Counted from the stretch's first letter, positions 38,851 through 55,104 are shown. The stretch is 64,000 bases of DNA from Ramazzottius varieornatus (GCA_001949185.1 BDGG01000010.1:473337-537336); one strand, 5' to 3'. Numbers and translations: made by a program. Notes: generated by a model not told the origin, from the letters alone.

Positions 38851-39705
38851 GACTGAATTTGCTTCCGTGTTTGAACCGAAGTCTTGATCGGCATTACAAG
38901 ACTTTGTAGTTAAATGATCCCTAGAGACCTGTGTATTTGAACGAAGCTCTAGTGCGCTTGCTGACCGTTCCGCTTTGGTTACAGAAATGAATGACGAGTT
39001 ATTGCAAGTAAATTCAGTAAAACAAGCCACCAAGAAAAACAAACATCAGCAAGATATTGTGTTACACTGGACGAAGGCTTAATCTTTATGTTCTGCGAGG
39101 CCCCCATACTGAGAGGCAGTTGTAACTGTTGCAGATTACAGCAGTTACAGTGTACGACAAAATTAACCGTTACAAAAGGGCGTAACACTCTAGCTGAGCT
39201 TACTTACGACTTATCCAATGAGAATTGGGTTTTGCTGCATGCTCAAATTTCATTGGCTTTAACCATCTGGCTCCATGCACCCATTTTTGACGGTTTATTT
39301 TGTCGTACACTGTAGAAATTTGCAACCACCTGTGCATGCTGAATGGGGGGATTATGGCGGAATATACGTGGAATTCCGTCTCGTTATAGTGCGCAATGTC
39401 AAGTGATTTACCTGCAGCTGGCTACGGATGCTTGTAATCTTACGAACCACCATGTTTCACTGTAAAACTTGACTGTGCGACATAGAAGAATATGGAAGTT
39501 GGATTCTGACCGATAGAACGGCGCAGGGACCATACCTGGCAATCCAAATAAAAGTGGCACAGGCCGACTTTCGGTATGGAACGAAATATTTCGCAGCTTA
39601 TCGGTAGGAAACTAGGAATTATCGGAACGTCTTGACAATTAATTTTCCACAGAAAGACAGGTTCTATCGGGCCTGGGCTGAAACCTCACCCAGAACACCA
39701 GCTGA

Positions 39706-40234
39706 CAAGGGGATTATGCCTGTCCCGACTTCCCGATAGTCAAACCGTCCCGACAAAACGGTGGAAGAGAGTCCCATCTATGATTTGAGCTAGATAGCTA
39801 AATCCCCCGACGATCCTGGAATAAACTACGGGACTTCAAAGTGACGGACCTAAACGACTGCACTAACGTGAGCTCTTTGATTGGGAGTTTGATTCAACAT
39901 ATTGCAAGTCATTCAATCAGCTGTTTCGTTGGATTCGGACTAGATGGCATGCTATCGCGCATCTCCAGCTAGTTTTAGCACGCTGTACGGTCATCCTGTT
40001 GATCAGCTGAGCGGCTTGTTTTCAATGTCCTCAATCAACACCCGCAATCAAAAAGCTTTACGTCATCCTGGCATACTGAAGCAGTCAATGGACTTTTATT
40101 TCCGAGTCCTGTAGTTCATTCCAGGATCGTCAGGGGATTTAGCTACCTAGCTCAGATTATAGAAGAGACTGTCTTCTATAGTTTGGCCGGGTCGGTTTGA
40201 CTACCGGGAAGTCGGGTCAGGCATAATCCCCTTG
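39706..40234. mobile_element. MITE with long (~130-bp) TIRs and 3-bp TGA TSD
   Basis: TGA|caaggggattatgcctg.cccgacttccc ... gggaagtcggg.caggcataatccccttg|TGA. Confidence 0.88.
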
Positions 40235-40483
40235 TGAGTACTGTAGTTCCGGTGGTAAGTTTATACCATGCAGCCCCTAGCATTCCTTCGGTAGAAACTG
40301 CGTACCTCAAAGGGTCCAACCTGTACGTGTAATTTTCGTACCCATAAGAAAAGATGTAGTCGCAATGTCAAGCATCGACACATTGTCCACATAACATGGT
40401 ATCTAATCGTTTTCAAATACAACAGAAGATATGGTTGACCTTGAAGCTCGACCTGAGCACGTTTCGGGAGCCTTAAGCGGAGA

Positions 40484-40490
40484 TATAAAA
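40484..40490 (+). promoter_or_regulatory. Candidate TATA box for the 40581 gene
   Basis: TATAAAA about 95 bp upstream of the ATG. Confidence 0.45.
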
Positions 40491-40580
40491 AACCTCCTTC
40501 CTGTTCGAGCAAGCTAGAGTTTGGTCTCCTCCACCTCCTTGTTTCGTTTTCTCTTCGCACAGTAGCCAGACGACCTTACC

Positions 40581-40976
40581 ATGTCTCGACTAACCCACGC
40601 CCAGGCCCTCCAACGCGTTAATGCTGTCGGCATCAGCGTTCATTCTTCCGGGAACTGCAGCGACCGAAACAGGCCTAACTGCACCTCACTGGACACCATC
40701 TTGGCAAAGACTATCGACCAGATCGTTGCCTTCAAGCGCAAGTCCGGCAAGGTCGTCATCATCACGGGAGGTACCGAGACCGGTCATGCCAGCGGAACCA
40801 AGAGCCACTGGAACGGTTACAAGCTGGATATCGCCATGAACGCCGGAGTCACCGACTACATCACCAAGAACTTCCGTTACATCGGCACCACAAACGGAGG
40901 ACGATGGGCGCAGTACCAAGATGGATCCGACATCTGGACTAACGAGGGAAACCACTGGGATATCGTCATTTCATAA
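40581..40976 (+). CDS. Intronless 131-aa microbial-type protein, putative Zn peptidase of the Hedgehog/DD-peptidase (M15/LAS) fold
   Basis: Clean ORF with a good Kozak context (accATG) and C/G-biased codons. SSGNCSDRN..CTS..ITGGTETGHASG.SHWNGYKLD..EGNHWD resembles actinobacterial/fungal hypothetical proteins as recalled. H-x6-D and E-x-x-H motifs are present. Confidence 0.75.
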   Translation: MSRLTHAQALQRVNAVGISVHSSGNCSDRNRPNCTSLDTILAKTIDQIVAFKRKSGKVVIITGGTETGHASGTKSHWNGYKLDIAMNAGVTDYITKNFRYIGTTNGGRWAQYQDGSDIWTNEGNHWDIVIS

Positions 40977-41581
40977 AAGCAACACCCTTTCCGTATCACA
41001 TGGTTTAGTTTATCATATTGATGATCCGTGATACCATGACCGTACAGAGCTTGTGCTGGAACCTGCAGGAAGCTTCAAGATTTCAGCTGAGACTTGGATA
41101 CAACCCCACAGAAAACCTTAACGATGACATGAAAACGATATACTGGTTTTCCTATAGCTATGAGGAAACAAGTCTATGGGGCATGAAAACTGCTTAATGT
41201 CTTAATGATTTTTACTGAGGCACGAGCCCTAATAAAACCCGAAAACGTGGTGTCTACTGCGTTCCACCTCTGTGCTCGATCCTTACACTGTCAAAAAACG
41301 ACAAAAAGAAAAAACGCGAAAACTGGTCTAAGAGAAAAACACAGGTACATCACAATATTCAAGAGTTACTGTACTCTCGCGGTACACATGGACATACTCA
41401 AGGCTGTACTAGTGACAAGTAACCGCAAGTAAAAAAGTACCGTTTCAATGACGCACTTGATTGCTTGAAACGGTATCTTGACTTGAGCATGTTCAACCAC
41501 CTGTTAGGGACTATTTTCGACTTCGAAAAGCTGGGTTCTTGAGAAGTTTTGCCTCTGTGCTACTGTACGTAATATTACACC

Positions 41582-42965
41582 ATGGGAAGATTTAGGACTC
41601 GAGCTGTGTACAGAGTATCGGAGGCTCAGAGAAATCTACGAGCTCAAGTGGAAAGTGAAATGTCGCCGCGAGCTTATGCAAAAGCGGTGAAGATACCGCG
41701 TTCAACGATCTCTGTAGAAGTAGGACAAAGCTTGAAGCTGTTTGCGTCTTTAACCGTTCATGTTCTAAATATATATCGTTTCAGAAAAAAATTACCTGAA
41801 GGCACTTTTAAAGGACGACGTAAGCCGATGTACGAGCCAATAGAGAAAAGGTTCTATAACGAAGTGATCAAAAGTAGAAATATTGGACTTCCGGTGCGCC
41901 ATAGCGACGTTCGATCTTGGGCATTACAGTTCGCCAAAGCAGTGAATATCCACGGATTCAAAGCGTCTTGTGGTTGGATATCCAAGCTAAAGAAGAAGTA
42001 TCGTTTGACTTATCGAGCAATAACTAAGGTCGGACGAAAAACCACGAAGACTCCCGCAGACGAAGTAAGCCGAACACAAACTCCCTCGCTGGTTTTACCG
42101 TTTCCTGTAAATCTGTTGAGGCTTATTCTGTCTTTTGTTTGCTCGGATAGCTTGCCGAATATGTTTTCATGGAGCGAGTGGAAGAAATCGTCACTCTGGA
42201 GAAAACCCATCCAAGCCGTATAATCAAATTTGACCAGACTAGTGTCCTCTTGCAAAACACGTACGGAAAGACTTTATCACCTGTTGGAATCAAACAAATC
42301 CACGTCGTTCAGCCACCCGGTGAGAAGGAACGATTTACGGTAGGCCTCGCTGTGACGGGAGACGGACAGAATTTTCCAGCTGCGATAGTTTTTAAAGGTG
42401 GAGTGAAGACTGGTCAGCTCTCGCGTAACATTCTAGCGAAGTTAGTGATTCCCGATAACGTCAACGTCTTTTCTACCCGAACTGCTTGGTGGAACTCTAA
42501 AATCGACCAAGACTGGATCGAGCAGTCTTTCGAACAGGACCAACCTGAACCGTTATTTCTACTTCGGGATCATTTCCCGGGTCACTTGAAGTTCGAGAGC
42601 GCAAAATTGTTGGACGAGAGAAATGTCGATCAGGTTTTCGTACCTTAAACGAGCGTTATCATGAGTGGCGGAAAGAGCGTACGGAAGTCACGGCCAAACG
42701 ATACCTGCGGAAGCCGACTCGGCAAGACTTTGTCAACTTTGTTAGCAAAGCTTGGGGAGCAATCAGACCGGAAACGATTGAGAATGCGTTCGTAGGAGCT
42801 CAAATTCTTCCTGAACGACGTATATGCTTTCGAACAAGGAAGTTTTGGTTGAAAACGACAAAAAGCTTCTGCAGTTTAGCTTTAGTTCGGTTGAAGAAGA
42901 CAGTGATGCTGAAGTAGCGGAAGATTCCTCTTTGGAGTACAGCTTTTCGAATGATTATTGATTGA
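41582..42965 (+). mobile_element. pogo/Tigger-like transposase relic (CENP-B-type HTH + DDE_1), intron-containing, internally deleted
   Basis: FKASCGWISKLKKKYRL, KFDQT, KERFTVGLAVTGDG, AWWNS, LRDHFPGH, VFVP*. The segment carrying the third Asp (QPLD) is missing; sequence resumes as KPTRQDFVNFVSKAWGAIRPETIENAF. Confidence 0.85.
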
Positions 42966-45047
42966 GTAAAACCGAAAACGTTTGCCCCCGCCAGGTGTAG
43001 TTTCCCAGCGTACAAGGGTATATGTCCATGTGTATCGCGAGAGTACAGTAATGCAGGTCGATCGAAAGCGATATCACTCACAGTGTAACAGCGTGTGGAG
43101 TAAAATAGAAAAAAAATCGGTAGTAATCCAGATTATCTTAGGTTGCTACTGAGACCATCCAGTTGTCCAAGAAAAAGAAACAGATCTGCCCGCACGAGTA
43201 CGAAAACAAAGATGTAGGTGTTAAGAAGGCAATAGAAAGGCAGTAAGGAAACTAATCGGTTAGGAGCTTAACTTAAACTAACGAGGAACCATTCAAACCA
43301 TGTCACTCGCCGATCAGTGAACCAATGCTTTTTACTGATAGCTCAGATCCTTAGCTCTGTACAAAGTATCGGGAAGAAAGGTGAATGATCACTTCCTCGA
43401 GCTGAACAGAATCCCGAAGGTGCGTCGTCCACCATAGAACCGGTGTTATAGCCTACCATGGCGTCACCAACGTCGGCTCAATCGTGCCTCCGATCATGCT
43501 CTCCGGGAGTCAACTCAAAACACCTTCAAATGTTGTTATCGCACCCATTCATGGCTGTAACAAAGGAGGCACTCGTGACTTCTATAGCTGGGGGATCGGT
43601 ATCTCAAGCATGAACTGTGGTATCTGGTCACTGGCATAGTCAGTAGGAGATAAGAGTAACCTTGAAGCTCACTTGGGCATGTCTGAGAAACTTTAGGGTA
43701 CGAGGTAAAGCCAACGGAGTTGGCCATCCTGAAAAGTCTACACACGCATGTGTATCGTAACTTCATTGATTAAAGTCAGCTGATTTCTGGAGAACTGGCT
43801 TTTTAACATTGTGTCGACCGTCCCTCTCCCCAAATAAAAGATGTCTCAACAAACTCTCTCTTCCTCCGTGTCTACCAGGATGGACAAACAGCGTGGATTG
43901 GTCGAACCCGCTGTAGTTAGGTGGATCTTTGAACTTGAGGACCAAGGAGCTACGCTCTCAACTTTCGTAGTTATCAGCAGCATCAGAAGTACAGTATCAT
44001 ATTACTTGTGTGTTTTAGCGATAAGAAAAGTTAATTCCTCAAACTAGTTTGGTAGCTTATCGTGCATTGTGCTTGATCTTCTGGCGTCTTAAATCGAAGA
44101 GGCGTAACACACTCTTGGAAGAATGAACGAAAAAGTTTAGGATCTTGCATCACCGCGCTGTTTATTGGCCCATCAGCAACAGGGCTTTTTGATTTCTGTT
44201 ACACCCTGTCACAGTGATTGCGACGTCAGCTTCCGCTGAGAACGTGCAGAACCGACGGGACGGACGGTATTCTGCTGCCAAACACTGACCCTGTCCAACG
44301 ACGTCGATCAGTCTTTCCTGGGTTCCTTTGGGATGAGGAAGGAGTGAGACTTCCAATAAGAACACAGTACTTCCATGTCTATGTTTCCCGCTCAAAGTTA
44401 GAACGAAAAACCTCGTATTTAGTATCATAATAGTTAATAACTATCCGATTGATGGCTACTGTTGTCCACTGTCCATGTATTCGGGCGGCTTCCACATCAC
44501 CAGTTCCACATCCAAGTTCCACAGTTCAGATTGCCGGTTGATTGAGAACATTTGATTGAGAACATTTGATTGAGCCCACTCGATTAACTACAAACCTGGT
44601 CAAAATGGTCAAATCGATTAGCTTATCGATTTTCCTCCCTGAAATCCTGTTCTTTCGTCTTGCTGCAATACTCTCCACGTTGTATCTGTGGTCAGCAGGA
44701 AGATTGATCGTTTGGTCGAGAAAGTGCTTCGGGATCGACACCGTGTAGCATGCTTGGGGTGGACGAGTATTCTTCGCTCGAGATCCATTACACTGTCTGG
44801 ACATCGTCGAAGGAAGCGATCCGTCAGAATCCTGTTAGCCTCCTCAAGAACGATTCAGGACTGTCAGGATTATCTTAGATTCTTAGTCGACAACTCGAGG
44901 TAATTTTTGCCCTTCCGACGGTGCATGCGCTCTGGTTCTTTTGACGTGTTAACTGGCGCATATCACGTTGTATCTGCGGTGTGTGTTGCGCGAAGTGATG
45001 CGGGACGGGCTGTAAAATGGTTGATTATTGATTAGGCCGGATTCGAA

Positions 45048-46698
45048 ATGTCTTCTTCTGGCTCGTCTGCTGGGACCTCTGTTAACGGGACCGCACCTAA
45101 ACGCAAAGAAATTTACAAGTACGATGCACCGTGGAACGTTTATGCCATGAACTGGAGTGTGCGGCCAGACAAGAAGTTCCGTCTGGCTGTGGGTAGCTTC
45201 ATCGAAGAGTACAACAACAAAGTCCAGATCATCCAACTGGACGAAGAAACGGGCGACTTTGCCAAACAAGCCGAGATCGAGCACCCTTATCCTTGCACAA
45301 AGATTATGTGGATTCCTGACAACGTAAAGAATATTTCCGACTGAGAGTTTTACGTGGCTATAACTGAATTTTGATGTATGACTGCAGAAGAGTACTTTTC
45401 CTGACCTCTTCGCCACCAGCGGCGACTTCCTCCGTATTTGGCAGAATCATGGCGAGGGAAATATACGGATGGAATGCTTTCTCAACAACGTAAGTTCAGT
45501 CATCACCTACCCGTTTATTTATGAACGGGAGAAAGTTGTTTGGTTTGCAGAATAAGAACTCGGATTTTTGTGCGCCATTGACCAGCTTCGACTGGAACGA
45601 AGTCGATCCGAACCTGCTGGGTACTGCTAGCATCGACACGACTTGTACAATCTGGGCCCTCGAGGTACGTGAGGGCTTCCGGCTGACTAGAAATTTTCGT
45701 CGGTGTGAAAATCAAAACGCTGAATCTTTTATAAATACAACGGAATGGAAATGAAAGTGCGTGAAAGTACACGACCTCTTTTCGGTTCGCGCATTTCGTA
45801 ACGAAGTGAAGAAGTTTTTGCGCGACTTCGAATAGAAAATTTGCTCAGAAGTGTTTCCCTTTTTCAGACTGGGCAAGCGATTGGACAGACACCCGCCGTC
45901 ACAGGTAACGTTCGCACGCAGCTCATCGCACATGACAAGGAAGTCTACGATATCGCCTTCAGTCGCGCTGGCGGAGGTCGCGACATGTTCGCCAGTGTCG
46001 GTGAGTGTCTTTCCCCCGATATTATTTCTTCCAACTGCTACTTCCTCGAAAACCCTCATGGACGTTCCCTCAATTTTCAGGCGCCGATGGCTCGATAAGG
46101 CTCTTCGATCTCCGTCACCTCGAGCATTCCACCATCATCTATGAAGATCACCAACATCAACCGCTTCTCCGACTTGCCTGGAACAAGCAAGACCCAAACT
46201 ACGTCGCAAGTTTCGCATTGGATTCCACTGAGGTGAAAGACACTACATCTAAAATTCAACAAGTTTTCACAAGTGGATAGCTCGGTGAACCGAATCGACA
46301 AGATTGTTTTGCCAAGTGGCGCACCTGCGAGGTGTTATTGGCTGAGAAAGCGTGCGCCACTTGGAAAGCGTTCTTGTCGAGTCCAATAATGATCATTACT
46401 TTTGCAGTTGATCATACTGGATGTTCGAGTGCCCAACCAGCCTGTAGCCCGTCTTAACAACCATCGCGCATGCGTGAACGGCATGGCATGGGCTCCTCAT
46501 TCCGCCTGCCACATTTGCACCGCAGCGGATGACCACCAAGCCCTGATATGGGACATTGCACAAATGCCACGAGCCATCGAGGATCCCATCTTAGCCTACA
46601 CAGCCGAAGGAGCCATCAACCAAATTCAGTGGGCCAGCACACAACCCGACTGGATCGCCATCTGCTTCAACCGCTCCGTCGAAATACTTCGGGTGTGA
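45048..46698 (+). CDS. DCAF7: DDB1- and CUL4-associated factor 7 (WDR68/HAN11); exons 45048-45323, 45388-45489, 45551-45664, 45868-46000, 46081-46232, 46408-46698
   Basis: [101 protein letters not shown]. Confidence 0.97.
46295..46380. repeat. Intronic hairpin, CAAGTGGCGCAC-core family (DCAF7 last intron)
   Basis: tcgacaaga...caagtggcgcac, 27-nt loop, gtgcgccacttg...tcttgtcga. Confidence 0.82.
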
Positions 46699-47252
46699 TG
46701 TGGAAACCTAAAAATCTTCCCTTAGACTTATACAGAAGTTTTCAAACGGGTTTTTATTTCAGTTGTGATGAAGATGCCTCCTCCCTTCCCGCCCTTCCTT
46801 ATCCACTGCAGCTTCCCCTTTTCTCCTGTCGAAAGTAATCTCAACAATCGTCGAATCTTGAACATGACAGCTCCTATGGTCCTTTTTGGCCCAGCTATTT
46901 CAATATTTTATCTGTTTGTTGTCTGCTGTCATTTTCCTGACGCGATGTACTGTGGAATTTTGGTGTCGTTTTTGCCCGGTCATCTTCTACTTTTTAGCTC
47001 GCATGTGTCCTGTTGTGAAGAATTCTCGGTATCGAAAGTGTTGTCTTGTTACAAACGTATTTTTAGACTCCAACCGAAAGTGTGCGAAAGGTACATTGTA
47101 ATACTGCTGACAACAGTTGTAAAATAAAAATGCGTCTTGAGGAAAATTTGGGAGAAAGGAGAGAAAAGCCTACGGGTACACAAAAAGTTGTTAGATGGCC
47201 TGGAACATGCTAATGAGAGCCAACTGACTCCGCTGAGCCATGGCTAAACCTC

Positions 47253-47903
47253 TTAGACTTGGAAGCTTTTCTTGAGTCGCAGTTCATCGAGGATTTCTTG
47301 CAGCTCGATGTCCGTGCGCGTCTCCAAGCTGGGAATGAGGGACTTGACTTCCTCGACCGTCTCAGGCATGAGGTTGGCCAGGGCAGCCATCTCGTACGGG
47401 TGGAGGTTCTTCGTAGACAACATTTCGTTCACTGAAGCCACAGTATCCATATTCTTGAAGTGGCCGAAACGCTGAACGTATGCGTGGATCTTCATGAAGA
47501 CATCGGGCAACTCTGCTTCCTGCAAAATAAGTAAAAACAGTTGGTACCAAGTACGCAGGTGTATGATGGGCCCATCCATGCGCACCGTAGACCTGAATGC
47601 GCACCGCCGTTCGAGAACGGCCATGCCCTGCTACGCATTCTGCGCGACCTGCAAATGCATACGAAAAATCTCGACGGATAGTGACACAGTACGAATAAGA
47701 CTTCTGCGGAGATACAATGGGAAACAGTAGCGTTAGTGAGGGCTGCTTACTCCTTCTGATGATTCGTTCTGCTTCTTTCGCTGCTCGAGTAAGAGGAAAA
47801 CTTCGGAGTTGAGAAGTGGACGAGCGGCTTGGAATTCTTTGGGGAAGCTCAGTTCCTTGGCATCTTCGATCTCTTCGACTGGCTCGTTGTTCAGGCGATC
47901 CAT
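47253..47903 (-). CDS. POLR2D: RNA polymerase II subunit RPB4, two exons
   Basis: [36 protein letters not shown] | [21 protein letters not shown]...[27 protein letters not shown]...KKSFQV. Confidence 0.95.
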
Positions 47904-48391
47904 TATTAAAACCGCTTTGTCGAGCTCCGAACCTCTGGTACTCTGGTAGGACGTCAAATACAACAAGGCATGAGGAGGTGAGGATACTTGAAAGTGATCA
48001 GGGACAGGAAAAGTAATGTCTGATGCACAGATGCAGTATTCAAAGGACGACATGAGACGGCTCGCCAACGATTAAATTTTTACGGGGTTCAACCGAATAT
48101 TTAAGGCTTACAGCAGCTAATACGGTTAAGTTTACGAGCTCCCACTTAGTCATCAAGTTGATTGGATTGCCTTGATTTGTGGCAGACAGATGGATTTTAC
48201 GAAATGATAATCTGTAGAAATCCGAATTCTCAGTCTCAGTTTTTCTTCCTCCTGTCACCATAAACTGCTCTTTTAAGCTTCTGGAAAACTCCAGTCTCGT
48301 GCAACCTCCTGGACCCAGAAGAGAGGACGACTGTCGTCCACCGCGAAACAGATAATCCTTACTGTTCGATGAAACGGAACAGGAAGGAAAG

Positions 48392-49348
48392 ATGATGCGA
48401 TTACCAACAGGACTTCTGTTCGGACCATTCTCTTCGGTTCTGCTTTCAGTTGCGCGGTATGCCTCTGGTTCCTTTACATCTCGCCTGTCTTCCCCCAGAC
48501 TTGCGAATGGCTCTTCCAAAAGCTGGCGGCTGCTGAAAGCTACGATTAAGTACGGCTGCATCATGTACGTCGTCAACAACTACATCGTGGATTTCTTTGT
48601 GGTAATTATCACTTGATTAGAATACGGCTCATGACGTCTGAATCCACCTGTTCGCTTTACCGTTCATTTGTGACGTCATTCGCTTTTGGTTAGGCACGCC
48701 TGTTTTACTTCCGGCTGTTCCGTTGTAGTGCATCGGACCTTCTATGGAACCCACCATACAGTCCCACGATGTAGTAATAACCGAGCACATTTCTCAAAGA
48801 TTTGGAAGTCTCCGAAGGTGAGTAGAAAATGGAAAGGGTATTCGACAGCGGTTCTCCTTTTACAATTTTAGGGGTGACCTGATCGTAGCAAGATCGCCGA
48901 TAAACCCAACCTCTTTCATCTGTAAAAGGATCGTCGGACTAAACGGCGACTTGGTGTACGATGAAAATCTCCACCTTGTGAAGGTAAATTCCCGCGCTGC
49001 ACTTTTTCCCGTATAAGCCATTTTCATTTAACGTCCAAATTTCTTTTTTCATTTCGCTTTTTCATTTTGGCAGGTACCTCGAGGCCATGTTTGGCTGGAG
49101 GGCGACAACGCAAGGGACAGCGTAGATTCCCGCCGCTATGGTAAGACGTTGGCTGACTCAAGAAATTGTTACCATTATCGACTTACACCTGCTCTTTGAC
49201 TGGTGTTCTTGAAGGTCCAATACCGGAAGGTTTGGTCCGCTCAAAGCTATACTTCAGACTCTGGCCTCTTTCCCGCTTCGGAAGGATAGTGAACTTCAAA
49301 AGAAGGTCTTTGCCTGGCGAGGACCTCGAAGAACTAAGCTCATACTGA
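48392..49348 (+). CDS. IMMP1L: Mitochondrial inner membrane protease subunit 1 (S26 signal peptidase), multi-exon
   Basis: CIGPSMEPT (catalytic Ser), ICKRIVGL (catalytic Lys), VPRGHVWLEGDN..S.DSRRYGPIP, RLWP. Confidence 0.92.
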
Positions 49349-49648
49349 AAACACAGTGAAAAAATTCTGAAGGAGAGGAATCATTTGTAAACACTGTAGT
49401 TGTACAGCCAGATTATGCAATTTAACTGAATTTTCTTCGTTGAATATCATTATTATGTTAGCATTGGACGTCGATGAGATTCAGTTGGTTGATTTGAATA
49501 GCTGCTTTGATCACAGAAGGAAAATACGGAGATTACGCGGAATGAGAAAAGGTCAGATCAAACTCAGACGAGCATGTGTGCTCCTACTTTCGAGTATTGT
49601 CCTGCGAATCACGTTTTAAACTAGAATATCGTGCGCATCCTGAGTGGC

Positions 49649-53064
<3,416 letters not shown>

Positions 53065-53362
53065 GGCGTTCCAGCGTTGAGCAGCAATTGACGTCCAGGA
53101 AGGAGAAGATGAAGTGGCTGCCTGATCGACTTTCGATGCCTGCTCAAATGGCAGCGCTGCTGGTAATGCCATCCTTCGTGCGAGGTAAATATAGTGCAGC
53201 TATGTAACTAGATACTCCAGGCACGCAGCAGAGACGGCAGGATCCTCCACTTGCGTTTCAAGGCCGATTCCGTATCAATCAGGACGAAAATTATGATCAA
53301 TAATCCTCCGTGCTGCGAAGATTGCGGAATGCCCACGAATGACGTCACTACGGCACAAGGTA

Positions 53363-53505
53363 CGGTAATGCTTCTTGAATTTCGCGAATTACGTGATCAT
53401 ACGCGTTTAGTTGAATCCCGGTCCGAAAATTGTTCCCTACCAATCCCCTAAGGGATGTTTCGCGCGTATGATGACGTAATTCGCGAAGTTCAAGAAGCAT
53501 TACAG
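53363..53505. mobile_element. Short palindromic MITE with TA flanks
   Basis: TA|cggtaatgcttcttgaatttcgcgaattacgtgatcatacgcg ... cgcgtatgatgacgtaattcgcgaagttcaagaagcattacag|TA. Confidence 0.85.
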
Positions 53506-53833
53506 TATGACATAACACAATCATAACATTCTCAACCAATGTTTTCTTCCAGGTTTCCGGACGATTTCTTCCTCACCTGCACTGTAGCACTGTAGTGCCG
53601 TGTATTGAACAGAACGCATCTTAATTACGAATTCAAGATGATTTTAGAGTAACCATCGAGAATACAGCTTTCGTATAGATTGACTTCACGTTGAAGAGCT
53701 CGACGAGGAATGTCCGACATCCTCTTTGAAAATCACGAAAACACACAGAATGACCAACAAAATTTCTCGCCTGCCGAGTGCAATCAAGAAGTCCGAAAAG
53801 ACATCAGAAAGTTCTAGTTCGTACAGAAAGCGT

Positions 53834-54947
53834 TTACTGGCGGTTAAATTTACAGTAAAGACCATCAAAGGCAGCCAGAAGGGCCCGACGAGCCGGAATG
53901 ACGCTCTCGAAGCCCATGGTCAGCTCCAGCGTTGAGGAAGCTCGAGTCGCTTTGAGATAATCTTTCTCAGCCAGGGAACGAGGAGAAGCCACAGGTGGAC
54001 CACTCATATTTCCTTCCACCTTGTCCAGCTCTTCGTCACGCAAGAACCACTGAAGGTCGTTATCGGTCAGGACCGGCGGTGGTTCTTCGATGACGGATCT
54101 TTGCAGAAGGCCGCTCATCTGGTAGTCTTCGCTTTCCGTGCACTGGTCTAACACACTGTTCTTCCGTTTATGACTTTCCCATACGGCTTCCGCGGACATT
54201 TCCGAGTCTTGGAGGTCGTCCAGAAGTTGCTCGCGCTCTTTGGCCCGACGCGTCTCATCCTCACGCTACAAAAATCCACAGTTCATTACACCAGAGCCAA
54301 TGACGTCACGGTAGACAGCCTAATTGATTGCTGATTGATAACTAAAACTTTACAACTTCTGGTTATGCGCCAGTTGATACCACAGCCAACTTCTGAATGA
54401 CTTCTGAGTTCCGAGCGGCGACAAATTCCAAGATATCTACCTTGTCAAGAAAGAACTTCCGAGAGTTGTCATCGCTGTTCAGCCGTTCTTCATCCACGAT
54501 CTTCATCAGTAATTCCTGATCGCTGCTCTTCTTATGCCTGCTTTTCTGCAGCTGCTTCTTGCGTTCCTCTTTGACAGCCTCGATATCGCGCTTTGTCTTC
54601 TCCACTTCGATTCCGTTAACTATATTGAAGATGAACGTCTCCACTTGCTCCAGGTAGTCGTTAAACTCTCGTAAGGAAGAAAAGTCTTCTTGACGGAGGT
54701 TCAAATCGTTGTAGATGCGCCGCCGCACGTCCACTTCTTTGTCCATCTCGGCATCCTCGAAGAACTGCTCGCGAAACTTACTGCGCTTCAGCGGCTTGTT
54801 GCACTGCGGACAGGATCCACTACCTCGCACGAACAGCTGTTCCACACAGTTATCACAGAGTCGATGGCCGCATTCGTTGACCAGAAGCTTGAGCGATGGA
54901 TTACGATATTTGGACGACTTGCAGCGCGGACACGTCTGCCACTCCAT
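53834..54947 (-). CDS. MNAT1: CDK-activating kinase assembly factor MAT1
   Basis: RING domain CPRCKSSKYRNPSLKLLVNECGHRLCDNCV...CPQC, FEDAEMDKEVDVRRR, FNDYLEQVETFIFNI, C-terminal RALLAAFDGL. Confidence 0.95.
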
Positions 54948-55104
54948 CTCGGAGGCGCTTCAGCACGTCTTCAGCCCGTCTGTTAGTACCCAGAGGTCCG
55001 TCTAACGATGACGATACGGTCGATACCTGGAAACACAAGTATCAGAAAGAGATAGAACATTATGAAACAGAAATTAAAACTCAGAACTTAGGAATCATCA
55101 GTCA

